Source: Chrysomallon squamiferum (lineage: Eukaryota > Animalia > Mollusca). Taken from it: a DNA stretch of 64,000 nucleotides. Below the pieces are notes generated by a model. The model made no database searches. It was not told the DNA's origin and saw nothing but the letters and a program-made list of their open reading frames with translations. The stretch is taken from contig CM022679.1 of assembly GCA_012295275.1 (NCBI GenBank), positions 19,592,001 through 19,656,000 on the forward strand, written 5' to 3'. Below are positions 24,901-37,560 of this stretch, piece after piece; the first letter of the stretch is position 1; the number at the start of each line of letters is the position of its first letter. A program made the translations under genes and the position numbers.

Positions 24901-26180
24901 ATATAACATACACAAAGCAAAAGACTCTCAAAATTTCCTGGAAAAAAGAAGAAGAAGAGAAATAAATATTTATATATATATATTTGATTAAGCATGATTC
25001 CAAAGACAGCATCCCACATTCAGTTGCATTTCATGATGTGCCATTTAAACCTGAAATACTGCATGAAAATTCATCAGATCCATCTGGACACTGTCGAAAG
25101 CCATCACAGTGCTGGGACTTGGGCACACATGTGCCATCATAGCACTGGAAGTAAAGTAGATCCCACTGACAGTTGTAAGTGTCTTTCCAGTACTCCCAGG
25201 TGACATTCCATGAATCATCAAATGTGTTGACAACTGATGCTGTGTAAACAACTTAGACATACTAAGATCTGTTGAGCTGTTACATTTCATTTGAATCAGT
25301 TTGATACCACTCTAACATGTTGTAGTTACATAAGTTTATGTCTATGCAAACATTCATAAAAACACACACACACACACACACACACCATACATAGAAATGT
25401 ATATACAGAAAGTGACAATCAGAAACAAAAACAGAAATTTCAAAAAAAGTAATAAAATAGCTTTTAATTTCTGAATTAATTAAATAATTTTATCAATAAT
25501 AGTACATTTTTAAAAGCTAAACTAAAATCAATGGCAACATAAAGTCGAGAAATACATATAAAATTTCAAATGGATGTCTTCCAATTTTATCATCCTATTT
25601 ATAACCCTCCAGTAGAGATTCAACCAGAAAACATTGGCAAAGTAATGTTTTACTTTGTTAGTTTCATCTTTAAATACTAAATGTTGTTTGTAAGAAAAGT
25701 TTAATATTTAATAAAATAGTAATTCATTTTCTGCAAAAGATTAGTTTTGTTCATACTATTAAGATATTTTTATTTTGAAATTAAATGATTGTATGATTCT
25801 GAAATTTTCATATTATGTAATATAATACAGAAAACCTTTATGGTGTGTGTGTGTGTGTGTGTGTGTGTGAACATCCTTTTTTTCTTTACAGTGAATAAAT
25901 AATTTGATACAATGTATACATACAGTAAGCTTTGAAAACAGCATTATGTACATACTTAAAAAATAAATGTAAATAATTAACTTGTATTTAAAATACATTA
26001 TAATATTAATTATGATATCTGTTAGTATTACTGATAACTAAATATAGTATTCTTACACATATACAGATTATGTAGGACAAACAAATAATATAGAAATGAC
26101 TTACTGTATATTGCCTGTTTACTTGGACTGATGGAACATGTAACTAGCAGCACTAGCCACACTGTCTGAGACAAAGACAT
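12045..26180 (-). CDS. Cad99C: Cadherin A, Cad99C/protocadherin-15-like; signal peptide plus about 8 EC repeats, 3' end unresolved
   Basis: Exons 5'->3': 26180-26105 (gccATG, MSLSQTVWLVLLVTCSISPSKQ), 23775-23695, 23191-23013, 22472-22395, 22004-21912, 21689-21582, 21423-21295, 20997-20821, 19948-19837, 18127-17979, 17610-17398, 17195-17058, 16396-16238, 15682-15495, 15065-14939, ~14594-14533 (damaged), 14147-14060, 13878-13735, 13370-13291, 13017-12771 (GC donor), 12260-12045. Phases are consistent, about 948 codons. Cadherin motifs DLNDNAP, LDFE, DVNDNRP, LDRE, DINDNNP, LDYE. VNELMPVGTTIF, TDGDDQGP..C..CFNPEY and SVSNN..KF match my recollection of Cad99C/PCDH15 EC2-EC5. Confidence 0.88.
16815..16885. 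repeat. Two orphan units of the 30-bp minisatellite
   Basis: ATGAGTGTGGGGTATATATACTGCTTATAG matches the array at 18476-19790. Confidence 0.8.
18476..19790. repeat. 30-bp minisatellite (GTGTATATACTGCTTACAGATGAGTGTGGG)n in a cadherin A intron
   Basis: Roughly 40 units, homogeneous around 19200-19620 and scrambled at the edges. It accounts for the YILLTDECGV ORFs. Confidence 0.97.
20175..20580. repeat. Diverged ~35-bp minisatellite (TACACTATCAAATATAACAAAGTGTAAAAATAATC)
   Basis: ACACTATCAAATATAA recurs at about 35-bp spacing. Confidence 0.85.
22575..23005. repeat. 35-bp minisatellite (TACATCTAATACTGGTCTAGAATAATTTTCTTATT) next to an exon donor
   Basis: About 12 units ending a few bases from the donor at 23012. 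Confidence 0.9.
25051..25239 (-). CDS. LDL-receptor class A (LDLa) module exon inside the intron after cadherin A's signal-peptide exon
   Basis: Translates to SVVNTFDDSWNVTWEYWKDTYNCQWDLLYFQCYDGTCVPKSQHCDGFRQCPDGSDEFSCSIS, with six Cys and the F.C..G.C / CDG...C.DGSDE..C consensus. Acceptor tttacacag|CA is phase 1. Donors GCA|gtattt (exon end 25060, 180 nt) and CAG|gtttaa (exon end 25051, 189 nt) are both phase 1. The domain call is firm; inclusion in mRNA is unproven. Confidence 0.7.
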
Positions 26181-26466
26181 GGCTGTGTGGCAGTCTGTGT
26201 GTCTTAGTCAAACTTCTACAATTAGAAAAATTATAAATACTGAAAATGACAAATACAAGAGTTTTGTGTGCATTTAAAGTCTTTTTTCTTAATGTATCTC
26301 ACTGACACACACACACACACACACACAAACACCCCATACACATGCATATATAACACACACACACACAAATATCATGGTCTTTAATAAATTACTTATGTTA
26401 CACAAATTGGACATGAAATAGCCAAGGGGGAACACTGTGTATATTTGATCCAGAAGCCTATCTCAC

Positions 26467-26486
26467 CTCAGTATTTCAGCTTCTTC
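26467..26486 (-). other. Candidate 20-nt 5'UTR micro-exon of cadherin A
   Basis: ttttttatatatccag|GAAGAAGCTGAAATACTGAG|gtgaga: good acceptor and donor around a purine-rich body. Confidence 0.35.
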
Positions 26487-27819
26487 CTGGATATATAAAA
26501 AAAAGATCTAAGAAAGCATTAAAAATGTGAAGGGATCTAAAAGGTTACTGAGTAATATAAAGCAGAAAAACACACCTTTATGTGTGTTGCATCTGTGAGA
26601 TTTGCATTAACACTCTATAGAATGAAATAAAAGAGATACAATAAAACCACACCTTTGTCCATAAAGAAACAGTGATCAGCATTTAAAATAAATGTTCACT
26701 GTTGTAACAGTGTGTAACAGACTACAGAGCTGACCTCATGGTTTAATATATAATACTTCTAAAGTGTTTAAAATAAAAGTTCTTTCCTTGATTTATCTAT
26801 TTCATGTGTATCTATATATGTGTGTGTATGTACATATGTAGGTAGGTAGATATGTATGTGTATATGTCTGAAAATATTATGTTTGTGTGTATGTATTAAT
26901 TTTTATAGATATGATTTCTGAGTATAGGTACATAAGGGTTGAAAATAAATGTATGTATGTCATCTAACCTGATTATTACCAAGTAACATAAATTAATACT
27001 TTTTGCAAAAAGCCCAAGAAAAAACATTTAAAATATTATAGCAGCATTTGCAGTGAAGCGTATACACATATTCTTTCTTTTTTTTTGTCGTCTTTAATAT
27101 GATACGTGTGTATTTAATGTTGTCTCTCATACAGTTTAGTGAGAAGAATTTACAACTACTAAAATAATATTTTTTATGAGTGATCTGCATCTGTGTTGAA
27201 CATTTGGGTATGTGCGTCTGTAGTTATGTGTGTATGTGATTGTATGATGATGTTTAACTGACTGTCTGTCACTGTAAGTATCTATGGAAGTGCACAATAC
27301 ATAAATATATAAATACAAAATATAAATTGATTGAAACATATTTTTACAGATATAAACTTATTTTCATTATATTTGATTTTATACTAGATACATCATAATA
27401 CTCTTGAGTGAAATGGAAATGCAAACTAATGTGTCAGAAAAGGAAATTTTGACAGAAATTGTACTAAAGGTATTTTTCACATTTTAGTGAAAGCCAGATA
27501 GATTCCAAGTGTAAAAACAAAATAAATAACTAATTTGAAAATCATAAAAATCTTTAAAATGTAATAGATTTATTTTCACCTATCTCATATATTCACTGCC
27601 ATGTAATAACAGTTTTGTTTACTGTTAAAAAAAAAATATACATATATATATATATAAATAAACAATAATAAGTATTCATAATAAATATATTTTACTTGTT
27701 ATTGAAAAGTTCGCTTTACACAAAATTCGGGGACATGTCATCTGCATATCTCGAACAATTCTGGCGATGAAATAAAAACAACAAATAAAATATTAAAAAT
27801 AAAATGATTATAAACATAC

Positions 27820-28200
27820 CTCCTTTGCGCCGTGTTAGTTCAGATCAACTGCATTAAATCCAATAAATGATACTGGTTTCTTGGTAAGAAGAAAAATCAC
27901 TTGCAATGTCAACCGGCACCACGCCTTGTGATACAGGTTCTGATTTGTCGCTGGATATACCCTCCTATACCAACAATAGCTGGTAGTGCCAACCCGTTAT
28001 TTTGAATAGCTTTCAATGGTCCGGTATTATTTTGCTCAAGTCGCCAAACCGGTTGGGTGAGTAACACCTCCATCTTTGCAAAAAGCGCCATGCAGACGCT
28101 AAGAATAACAGCCAATAAAACATCAACGAGAGCGAAAATGTAATACATAGTATGTATGTTAGTCAGAGTTGTTATGAATGTCGAATTCATTCATAATGTA
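27820..28200 (-). promoter_or_regulatory. Probable non-coding first exon and promoter of cadherin A
   Basis: Strong donor GGAG|gtatgt at 27820/27819 at the edge of a locally GC/CpG-richer island. TSS not determinable. Confidence 0.45.
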
Positions 28201-28380
28201 ATGTGACAAAAATCGAAAACATCGTCACGGATAGTAATATGTGACTACTTTCTGGCATTTCTAGTTAGTTATTTATAGCGGAACTTTTAATTAATATATA
28301 TAACTATAAAATAAATTCAAACATTTGTCGAACTGAAACTTTTTATTTCTGCAGTTTAAATAGCCTATTTGAAAAAAAAA

Positions 28381-28411
<31 letters not shown>

Positions 28412-30235
28412 CAATAAATAAATAAATTTAAAATTAAATTCTTGCTAGACATGGTTAAAAACATTCATGTTAAATACCCGGTAAAAAAATAATAATTTTC
28501 TTAAAAGTCAAAAAAAAAAAAAAAAAAAAAAAAACCAATAACATTTATTTATTTATTTATTTATTTATATAAAAGAGCAAAACTGAAAAATTTTCGTGAC
28601 AAATATTTTTATCCAGTTTCAATCTAATTATGTAAAAACAGCAACAGTAAATAACAATAAACGACATATATATATTAGTACATTTTAAACAAATTGATCG
28701 GATATAATTACTTTTATAGATTTAATTTTCAAAATGAAATGATAATAAATAAATAAATTAAATTAAAAAGTTAAAAACTATCGGTCGGCAACAAAAAAAG
28801 AAAAGAAAAAACAAACAAACAAAAAATGAAAAAGCAGGAAGATTAAAAAAGAAAGAAAGAGGGGAAAAAAGGAATCTAAGAAAGAAAAAGAAAAAAGCTT
28901 GCGATTATTAGGCCCTGTATAATTCTGTTTGTAAAAATAAATCACAATGTCGGAGAGAGACCTGTGTAAAGAACCACCCACTTTCTACTGTGTGCAGAAA
29001 TGTTCAGATGTCCTCAAATATAAATAACTGTATCAAAAATGCATATGAAAATGATAATCAGAATATAAACTTAAAAATTATTAAATTTGCTACTTATCTT
29101 CGATATGTTAAAAGTAGAGAGACACTAACTTTCGTAAAATCTAGGATTGCATATATCTTTTTAAATGTACGAAGATTTTGCATGTATATACATACGACCT
29201 ATATATTCTACATATAACATTGTTTTTATTAAGCGCATAGTTAAATATAAAACCATCTAAAACTTCTCATTTTACGAAGAATAGCTGGTATTGTTATTCC
29301 TTTGTTACCCTTATTTATAAACTAGTGATAGTCTGAGTTTAAAATAAATGATGTATAGGTAAGCTGGCTGATCCCATACTAAAGTCGTTGTTACATGCAA
29401 ACAAGCCAACGTTAATAACCTGTAAGAAATATTTCGTCTTTATTTTCAGTTACAGTAATAAGAACCTTTAACTAAAGACTGATATTCATAGTGCTTCTGG
29501 TAGTGTGTCATTATTCTGGTGTTTTGTAATAGATAAAAGATAGCATATTCATGTTGAATCATACTTTAATGTGTTAAAAGAATCTATCAACAGACACAGC
29601 GGTGTCTTGCTGTTTGTAGCCCACAGCGTTTGGCTGTTAGTTGACAACGTCGAGTGCTTCAGCGGGCGACTTGCAAATCTTGTCAAACGGGTTGGAAGCG
29701 TACAGAAATAGTTACCATACGCAAACAAAACTTTCACGGTGGGTGGAGATAACGCAACAAGAATGTGTGTAATACTTATGAATTCTGTTCTTTTTTTTTT
29801 CATTTTTTTTTTTCATTTGATGACTTCGAATGTGTGATTTAGATTGAGGAAATGCCTGTGAATATGTCTATTTATGTACATATGTATATGCATATGTGCA
29901 TGTAGATATAAAACTGCCTCTATATTAATACCTAGGTGTGTAAAATTATGCCTGTAAAACTGTATATATTATTTATTTATTTTATTCTGTTATTATTATT
30001 AGTAGTAGTAGTAGTTTATTAGTATTATTTATTTATTTATTTATTTATTTTATTTTATTTTATTTTTATTATTATTATTTTTTTTAATTGTTGAACGTGT
30101 GTAAACCGGTTAGCGATTATCGTATTAATTTTTTATTAGAACATACACGAACACACAGATACATACATAGATATGAAACATACATCTGCAGGCCTATAGA
30201 AATATATAGTCTTATATTATTCATTTATTTATATC

Positions 30236-30288
<53 letters not shown>

Positions 30289-33200
30289 AAGATACTAAAA
30301 ATTTAATTTCACTTTGTTTTCATACAGTAGCGTACGTAGACTTTAAGTATAAATTTAAAACTTGCAGGTTACATCCATGATATACATAACACCAAACACA
30401 AACAAGGCGAGCTTTGTACGGGAAGCCTGGACTGCATGCTGTTACACGGGTGGTATGTGCAGTTTGTTACGCCTGAACGGGTTCACATAAAACCTGTTTT
30501 GACAGTGTGTTCCTTTAATTCTGCATTCTTTTCTCTTAAATCTTTATATTTTTTATTTTGAAGGCACTGACAGACCTTTTTGTGTTTTTGTATTGTTGTT
30601 TACTTCATTGTTATTTTTTCCATTTTACATGAGAATGTACTATACATTTTTTTTTAAAATAAAATGTTAGTGTAATAGTGTTGATTGTAGCAACTTTATT
30701 TTTATTTTAAATGATTAATTAATTAATTAATTAATATTGAATTGGTTTGAAGAAAAGTAGAAAATTATGATTATTAGCGTTTAAAAGAAAATTTTATTCA
30801 CATTATGGTAAAATAGACTTAAAGTTAAAATGTACGTATTTATCATTAGTCTCTGAACTAAGCCAGCCTGTGACACAGAAATTTTCACGTTTAAACAGAT
30901 TATTTTATGTTTTATTTTCCCTCAGAAGAAAAACAATAGAAATGCTTGCTGCTCTCTAATTAAATGTTTTATTCAGCAAACTATTATGTCAACAGCATGA
31001 ACAAACATTATGACATTATTATACTGTATATGTCAGTTTAAGTTCAGTACTTATATATGGTAAATTTGTCAGCTTCTCGAACTTTCCCTCACCAACTGTG
31101 CAATGTAAATACCTTTTTTTTCCTTCTTGTTTTTTAATACCAAAATGCACATTAAGGACGAAGACACTAGCAGATAGCATTTTGTGTTCAAAAGCCCTCA
31201 GCATTATCACTGACTTGTTACAGAAAGGGATTTTGCTAGACAGTGATTTGGAAATGGAAACCACTACTGCGCGGTCTAATTGATAAACTGCAGTGGATAG
31301 TGCATGCTGTGTACCGTCCCACAGACAGTAAAGCATATGCTTTTTGATAAATCAGTCGTAGGGTGCTGGTTAGAACAGCAAAGATGGATGCAGTAAGGAA
31401 GGTTGAACCTGTTTCCTGAGGACTGGGTTATAAACCGCTTCCAACTTTCATAACCACTTTTCATTTTGAATAAAATTGTTTTATTTTCATGAAGCTGAAG
31501 CTCAGTGTTAGATTTCCAGTCCATATCCATTACTTGCCAGATGTTAAGATGAGTTCATATTAAATGTTAGGCTTTGCATGATAGTCAAAGGGAAAATACA
31601 TTCAATATTCAGCGTAGATGGTTTTTCAGTAATTATTTCAGTTATCCTTAAAATAATCAGTGATGTATTTCTATCAGTCACTTTCATATTCTGTAACTTT
31701 CTACAAAAAAATATAGTGGATCTTTCGTTTCTAATGTAGTATTTTCATAATTTATTATCTAACTTTTCAACTTATAAATATGTGATTATAATATAAATAT
31801 ATACAGTTAATAATAATAACAATAATAAAAGACAATAGAAAAATAATAATTTTTAATCTTTGATGAAATGGAAACAATTTCAAGTTCAGTTAGTTTAAAT
31901 TATATTTAAAATCAAACGAAAGAAAGAAACCATGAGAGAACGAATCAATGAGTGAAAGTTAAACGATATCCAGTAGAACTATACTGTTATCAGGTGTCAG
32001 ATAGAGGTGATCGGAAATATTTGTTAATCAATCAGTCCATATAAAATATCTATTCAACACAAATTACGTATATGGTTGTACGCAAATTGTTACACAATTA
32101 AACTGCTATTGCAAATACTACATACACTATAATAAAATGCTCTGTGTACGTTGCAGTAGATAAAGGAAGTCAGGAGGATAGCTATCACCAGTTGTTCATT
32201 TGTTATTAGTAATATGATGTATGCGAGCTCCGAGGCAGCGTGAACACATAATGGTGAAAAGGGTATATGAATCGACCCGCTTCACTTGTTTCTTTTACTT
32301 TTTTCCGCTCCAGTAAGATTTATTAGGAGTGAGGATCTCCAACCAGAGTGTGGGAAAGTGTAGTGTTAACTTCTCACGTTTTACACATTTAGAGCAGAGG
32401 ATTAACTTTAAATATTTATATTGTCATTTATTTATTTAATTATTTATTTATTTATTTATTTATTATTATTTTTTATATTATTATTTTTTATTATTTATTT
32501 TTTTGCATTAGATTTTTTTTTTTTTTTTTTTTGGCTTTACTGTATTTTACTGAACAGTTTGAATATAAATTTTAATTTTCACAAATGATACCAAAAACAA
32601 TGACGCCTTCAGCAACAATAATAATAACCTAACCATTATAGGTGAAAGTTTTAAAACTAAACGATTTATAATGAAGAATAAAATTAAGAGAAAAATGAAC
32701 GGTCCATAAAAGAAAAAACAACAACTCACAATTGACAAATTTGTTTACCATCAGAGATCACTGTCAAACACAAGGGCGTTAGCTCATCAAATTAAATAAG
32801 CAATAATATGGTTTACAACTGGTAAGCATAACCAGTTATAAAAAAAGATGTCCCATCTGAAGCAGTGATAAACCATGCCATAACGATGTGGCTTCCATAG
32901 CTTTCATTGCCAGGCGTGTAGTTAAAGACAAGGACATCGAGTTTGTTGATTCGTTCCAGAGAAACACACACATACTTAGCGTATACTGTATACTGGCATT
33001 CGACATAGCTTCAGTTGAGTAACATATCTCGGCTTTTATAGATCTGTAAATTAAGAGTTCAAGAGAGGACACGGCGAATACTGGGAAGGGTTAAATAGGG
33101 CACTCCTTTAGTTTATACAAGGCAGTATTTGTAATCCTTTTTCTCCACAACTGTCTTTATTTCTCTTTATAAATAAGATGAAAATCAAAATTTATTTTTA

Positions 33201-36200
33201 GTGTTTAGTTTTCTTACCTTAGTTTAAATTTAAAAAATAATAATAATAATAAACCCAATATATATATTATTCGACAAAATCTGAAAACAAATTCTACATT
33301 TAGTTAATAATTATATCACGGAGTTCTAAAATTTCACGTGAAAGTCAGTTACGACGATATTAATACATTAAATGCGGATAGTATCTACAATAATTTCTTC
33401 AGCAAAACTTATTCAGATATTTTTTTTATAATTTGTACAGTTTTGTAAATATTATGATTTACCTGTGTATATATAATATACAATCAATTTTTGTTTATAA
33501 ACAGTCATTAAATGCAAGACTATGTAACTGGTAATTTTCGTTGTGACTCAGTCCTACTTGAGTTTTTGCATTGATGATTCATGTTATCGTAGCTTTATGT
33601 ACCTCCTACTCACGTTAGCAGCAGACTTTATTTGTTTATTCATTTCATTTCATTGTTTCATTATTTATTTAAGTTGGAGGCAGAGTTTGTTTATTTATTA
33701 CTGTATTTTAGTAGCAACCGTTACTGTATTTTTTATTTTAAGTTGTTGGTACAAACTATATTATATTTTATTATTATATTTTATTAATTCATCTATTTAT
33801 TCATTTATATGAAACAACAACAGTTATTATCTCTGTTTCAACTTTATGAAATTTTTTCTTTTATATAACATTTTTTTTTTTTTTTTTTTTTTACGTTATG
33901 TAAACAGTTAATTTAAAAAAAAAAAATTAAAAAGAAAATTCTACAAGTTGTAATTTGTTTATTATATTTCTTAAAGCCGTATCATAAATAAGATGTATGT
34001 GGTGTAATTTCTCACTTTTTAATCCAATTTGGTATTTTTTTTCTTATTTCTGCTCTGACATATTCTGAGATAAGCAAACCAAGAGGATTTATGGACCTGT
34101 CTACTATAAAATTTTGTTTATTTAGGTAAATGAATAATAAATTGATTATTATATTATTTATAATGTTTATTGAAAAAATTAATAATAATAATAATAATAA
34201 TAATTTCTTAATTTGAAAAGGATAAATGATTTTTTAGTGACTTGCCAAGGGGTATCATTCTATGGTCACAATGAAGCTAAGTAAATCAGTGTAAAAAGAT
34301 GATTTATAATTTCAAACTATATAAAAATTAACAAATATAAAAATATATAATGTTTCTCAAAGATGAATTTTAAAATATATGAGAAAAGTTGATGAATTTA
34401 AAAACTCTAGTTAAAAATGATATACTTATTTACTGTAATATGTCAGAACATTATATGTATTGAAGTTACAATAAAGGTTTAATATAATTATACATATATA
34501 TATTTATATTAAATTGAAATATTTAGTTTTTCTCATTATGTTTCACCATTAATTATCAGTCAGTAATTAAAATGGAATACTATCTTGCTTGAACTGTAAG
34601 AATTGCACTGGTCAAGCTGAAATTTCATCAGTTATTCTGGAATATCGGTAACCAATCCAGTTCAGTGAAAAATAATTGGAAGAGACAACTGCACAAAAAA
34701 GCAGCTAAAATTTGGAACCTTAGTAAGGTTAAAAAATACAGAGCATTATGATATACTAGTAACAAAGTATAGTCATTTACAACATTTCCAGTATAAATTT
34801 GCCACATTATTAATAAATAATACCAGCAAAAAATATGGTGTATCTCTACATACAAGCACATACTCACACACAGTAAGATATAGACAATAATTAAATTATG
34901 AAATACAGATCTAGAAAAAATGTGATCCACATAAAATTACAATGGTTATATAGTCTAGAAAATAGCTGTAGATAAAGGATATATAGGGTAATGCATAATA
35001 GTAAAATTCATACAGCCTCGATGTGATTATCTTGTAGAATTAATGCATTCAAACCATTATCACCTGTGGTAGAGTCAGGTTAGAAATATGTTGGTGCTAT
35101 GGCTGATATAGTTGCAGTTTTTGCTGCTGTACCTCAGTCTTCATTCCTAACCACAATCTTCAGCTTAATGCAATTATAATACCAAACTATTGTCAAATTT
35201 TTGCTTTAAGATTGGAAAAGAAAGATGCACAAAAACAATTAAAATTCAGAACATTAGTAAGCTTTATAGTTATTACACAATTTTGGAGCATTATTGTATT
35301 GTGTAGGTTACTAAGTATAATTATTTAGAATAGTTGTAGTGTAAATTCACAACATTATTAATAAATAATAATATCCCAAGTCACACAAACACACACACAA
35401 ACAAATATGTGTACAATAATTAAATTATGAAAAATAGTTCAAGAAGAATGATTCTGATCTACATAATAGTCTGGCAGACAAAAACCATAATTGTGTTTAA
35501 CCTTATTTCGGAGTCTACAGGGTTTTTCAGTGTAGAAAATTGATGTTTAGGGCATATATTTTGAGAAACTGCCAGGTGACATCTTCTCATCCTTGAGCAG
35601 TTTGTGCTAGGAGGCCAAATCCAAGATGGCCATCAGCAAATCTATTTTCCTCATATCTTCATAACTAGACTGGATAGAAGCATGAACAAAAGATTGTTTT
35701 AATGTTTTCAGGCATGAATAATTTAATGCTGCTATGACTTGTTGTTGTTGCAATAAAATAAAAAGAACTAAAGATGGCAACACAAAAGGAAGAAAATATG
35801 ACTGTTTTAAGTCTGTGTTGGTCTTTTAATACAGGCTAATAAGGTATAGGCTAATAACTAATAGGTAAATAAAAAATAATTAATTACTGAATTGTCCAAA
35901 CAACAGTCTACAATTATAATTATGACATCAAATTATTGTCAGAATTCTACTCTAAAAAGACTGCATAAAAGAAGTCTGAAAATATTTTGGTGTCCTTTTT
36001 CTACAATGGTGTACTTTCTTAAAAACTGTACAGCCTCAACAGTTAAATCATTTAAGTCCATTCTAACTTTAAAGCATAAAAGTTACAAATTTATATGTAT
36101 TTTCTATATACTTATTATTGTTGTTGTTGTTGTTGTTGTTGTTGTTATTCTTCTTCTTCTTCTTCTTCTTATTATTATTAAGAAAATCTAATATTTCTCT

Positions 36201-37339
36201 GATGTGTAGATTATTATATTTATTTATTTATAAAATAATAAGCGACACTGAATGTTTTGTGAAATGATGAGCATTGTAACCTCTGATTCTGCCTAAATCA
36301 CAACCGTGTCGGAAAGTTCATAATCAGATTTTAATTTTTTGAAATTGGCATCTAAATTTTTTAAATGAAATTTGTTATTTATGTATATATTCCAATTTAT
36401 TTTATTTTGATGAACCATCTACATCTCCTACCAAATTATTTTAGTATTTTTTATTTATTTTCATAATTTATGTTTAAATTTATTCATAGCATACAGCATA
36501 GGAAATGCTTTTATAAACAGTTGTATTATACTGCATGCATATATAATTTTTCTTCAGATTCAAATTGGTAAATTAAACAATATATAATTTAATGATACGT
36601 AAGCATTTTCTTAGTTTGTACAGCACCCTTAGTAAGAGGAAAGAAATAAGAAATTAAATAAGAACTATCTAATTATATAAAAATTTAATTAAGTATCTAA
36701 AAAGACAAAAAATATATTATTTTTTTAAATTTTGTTTTTAAAACAAGTAAGAAACGCATGTTGATAAATTTTATTAATGAGTTATAAAATAAATAATAAT
36801 AATTATTATTCAGTTGTTGTTTTTATTATTATTATTAGATATTTGTTGTGTTCAAAAGTACTTTGGATATTTATTATTTAACATGAAAAAAGAAACTACC
36901 GTAATGTTTAAGTTAACTGAAAATTCATAGAAAAAAAAATAAACAAATAACAAAATCAAGAAATTAAAGTTACATATTAAATGAAAAAAAATATATATAA
37001 ACAAATAAATAATTAAACAGAAAAATAAATAAATAAATATTTTACAGGCATTTCACGGTGTCATATACTTTAAAGAAATATAAAATGAAATGTAAAATTT
37101 ATTGATATCGTTAAAAACTAAAATAGTTTGTGAATTATTAGGGCATACACTTAAATATCAATAGGTATGATTATGGCATGATGATTTTAAGTTCTAAATT
37201 AAATTACTGTTTTGGGGAGGGTTTTTTTTTTTTTTTTTTATTAATTCCTTTTATTTGGATAAATTATTTACTTCCCAGTCTTATTTCTTTAGTGTTTTTG
37301 TTTCCATTTTCTTTTCTGATCAAATTATATATTACAACT

Positions 37340-37560
37340 AAACGCTTACTCGTGGGAGCCATATCTGATTGTTAAAACAATTGATCAATTGTCTAACCAT
37401 GACAACAGCGTTTCGATTGGTTTAAACTAATGACGTCGACATGAACCACATCGCGCATTGTCGTCAAACTACGTAAAACACATCTTTCAGCGGAAAGCGA
37501 TTTTAAAAGCGTTAACTCAGCTTCTTTCACGCTTCACCCTATTACATGTACTTTTTCTTT
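37340..37560. promoter_or_regulatory. CpG-rich promoter-like island with X-box-like, CCAAT and CRE motifs
   Basis: CTAACCATGACAAC at 37393-37406 (reverse strand GTTGTCATGGTTAG, RFX X-box-like), ATTGG at 37416-37420 and TGACGTC at 37431-37437. Confidence 0.4.

Noticed and set aside
31020-31700. GC-richer block with overlapping 60-105 aa ORFs and a faint GPCR-TM3-like stretch (ALLSVGRYTA)
   Set aside because: Every frame has stops, there is no convincing family motif or splice structure, and it cannot be assigned without a search.
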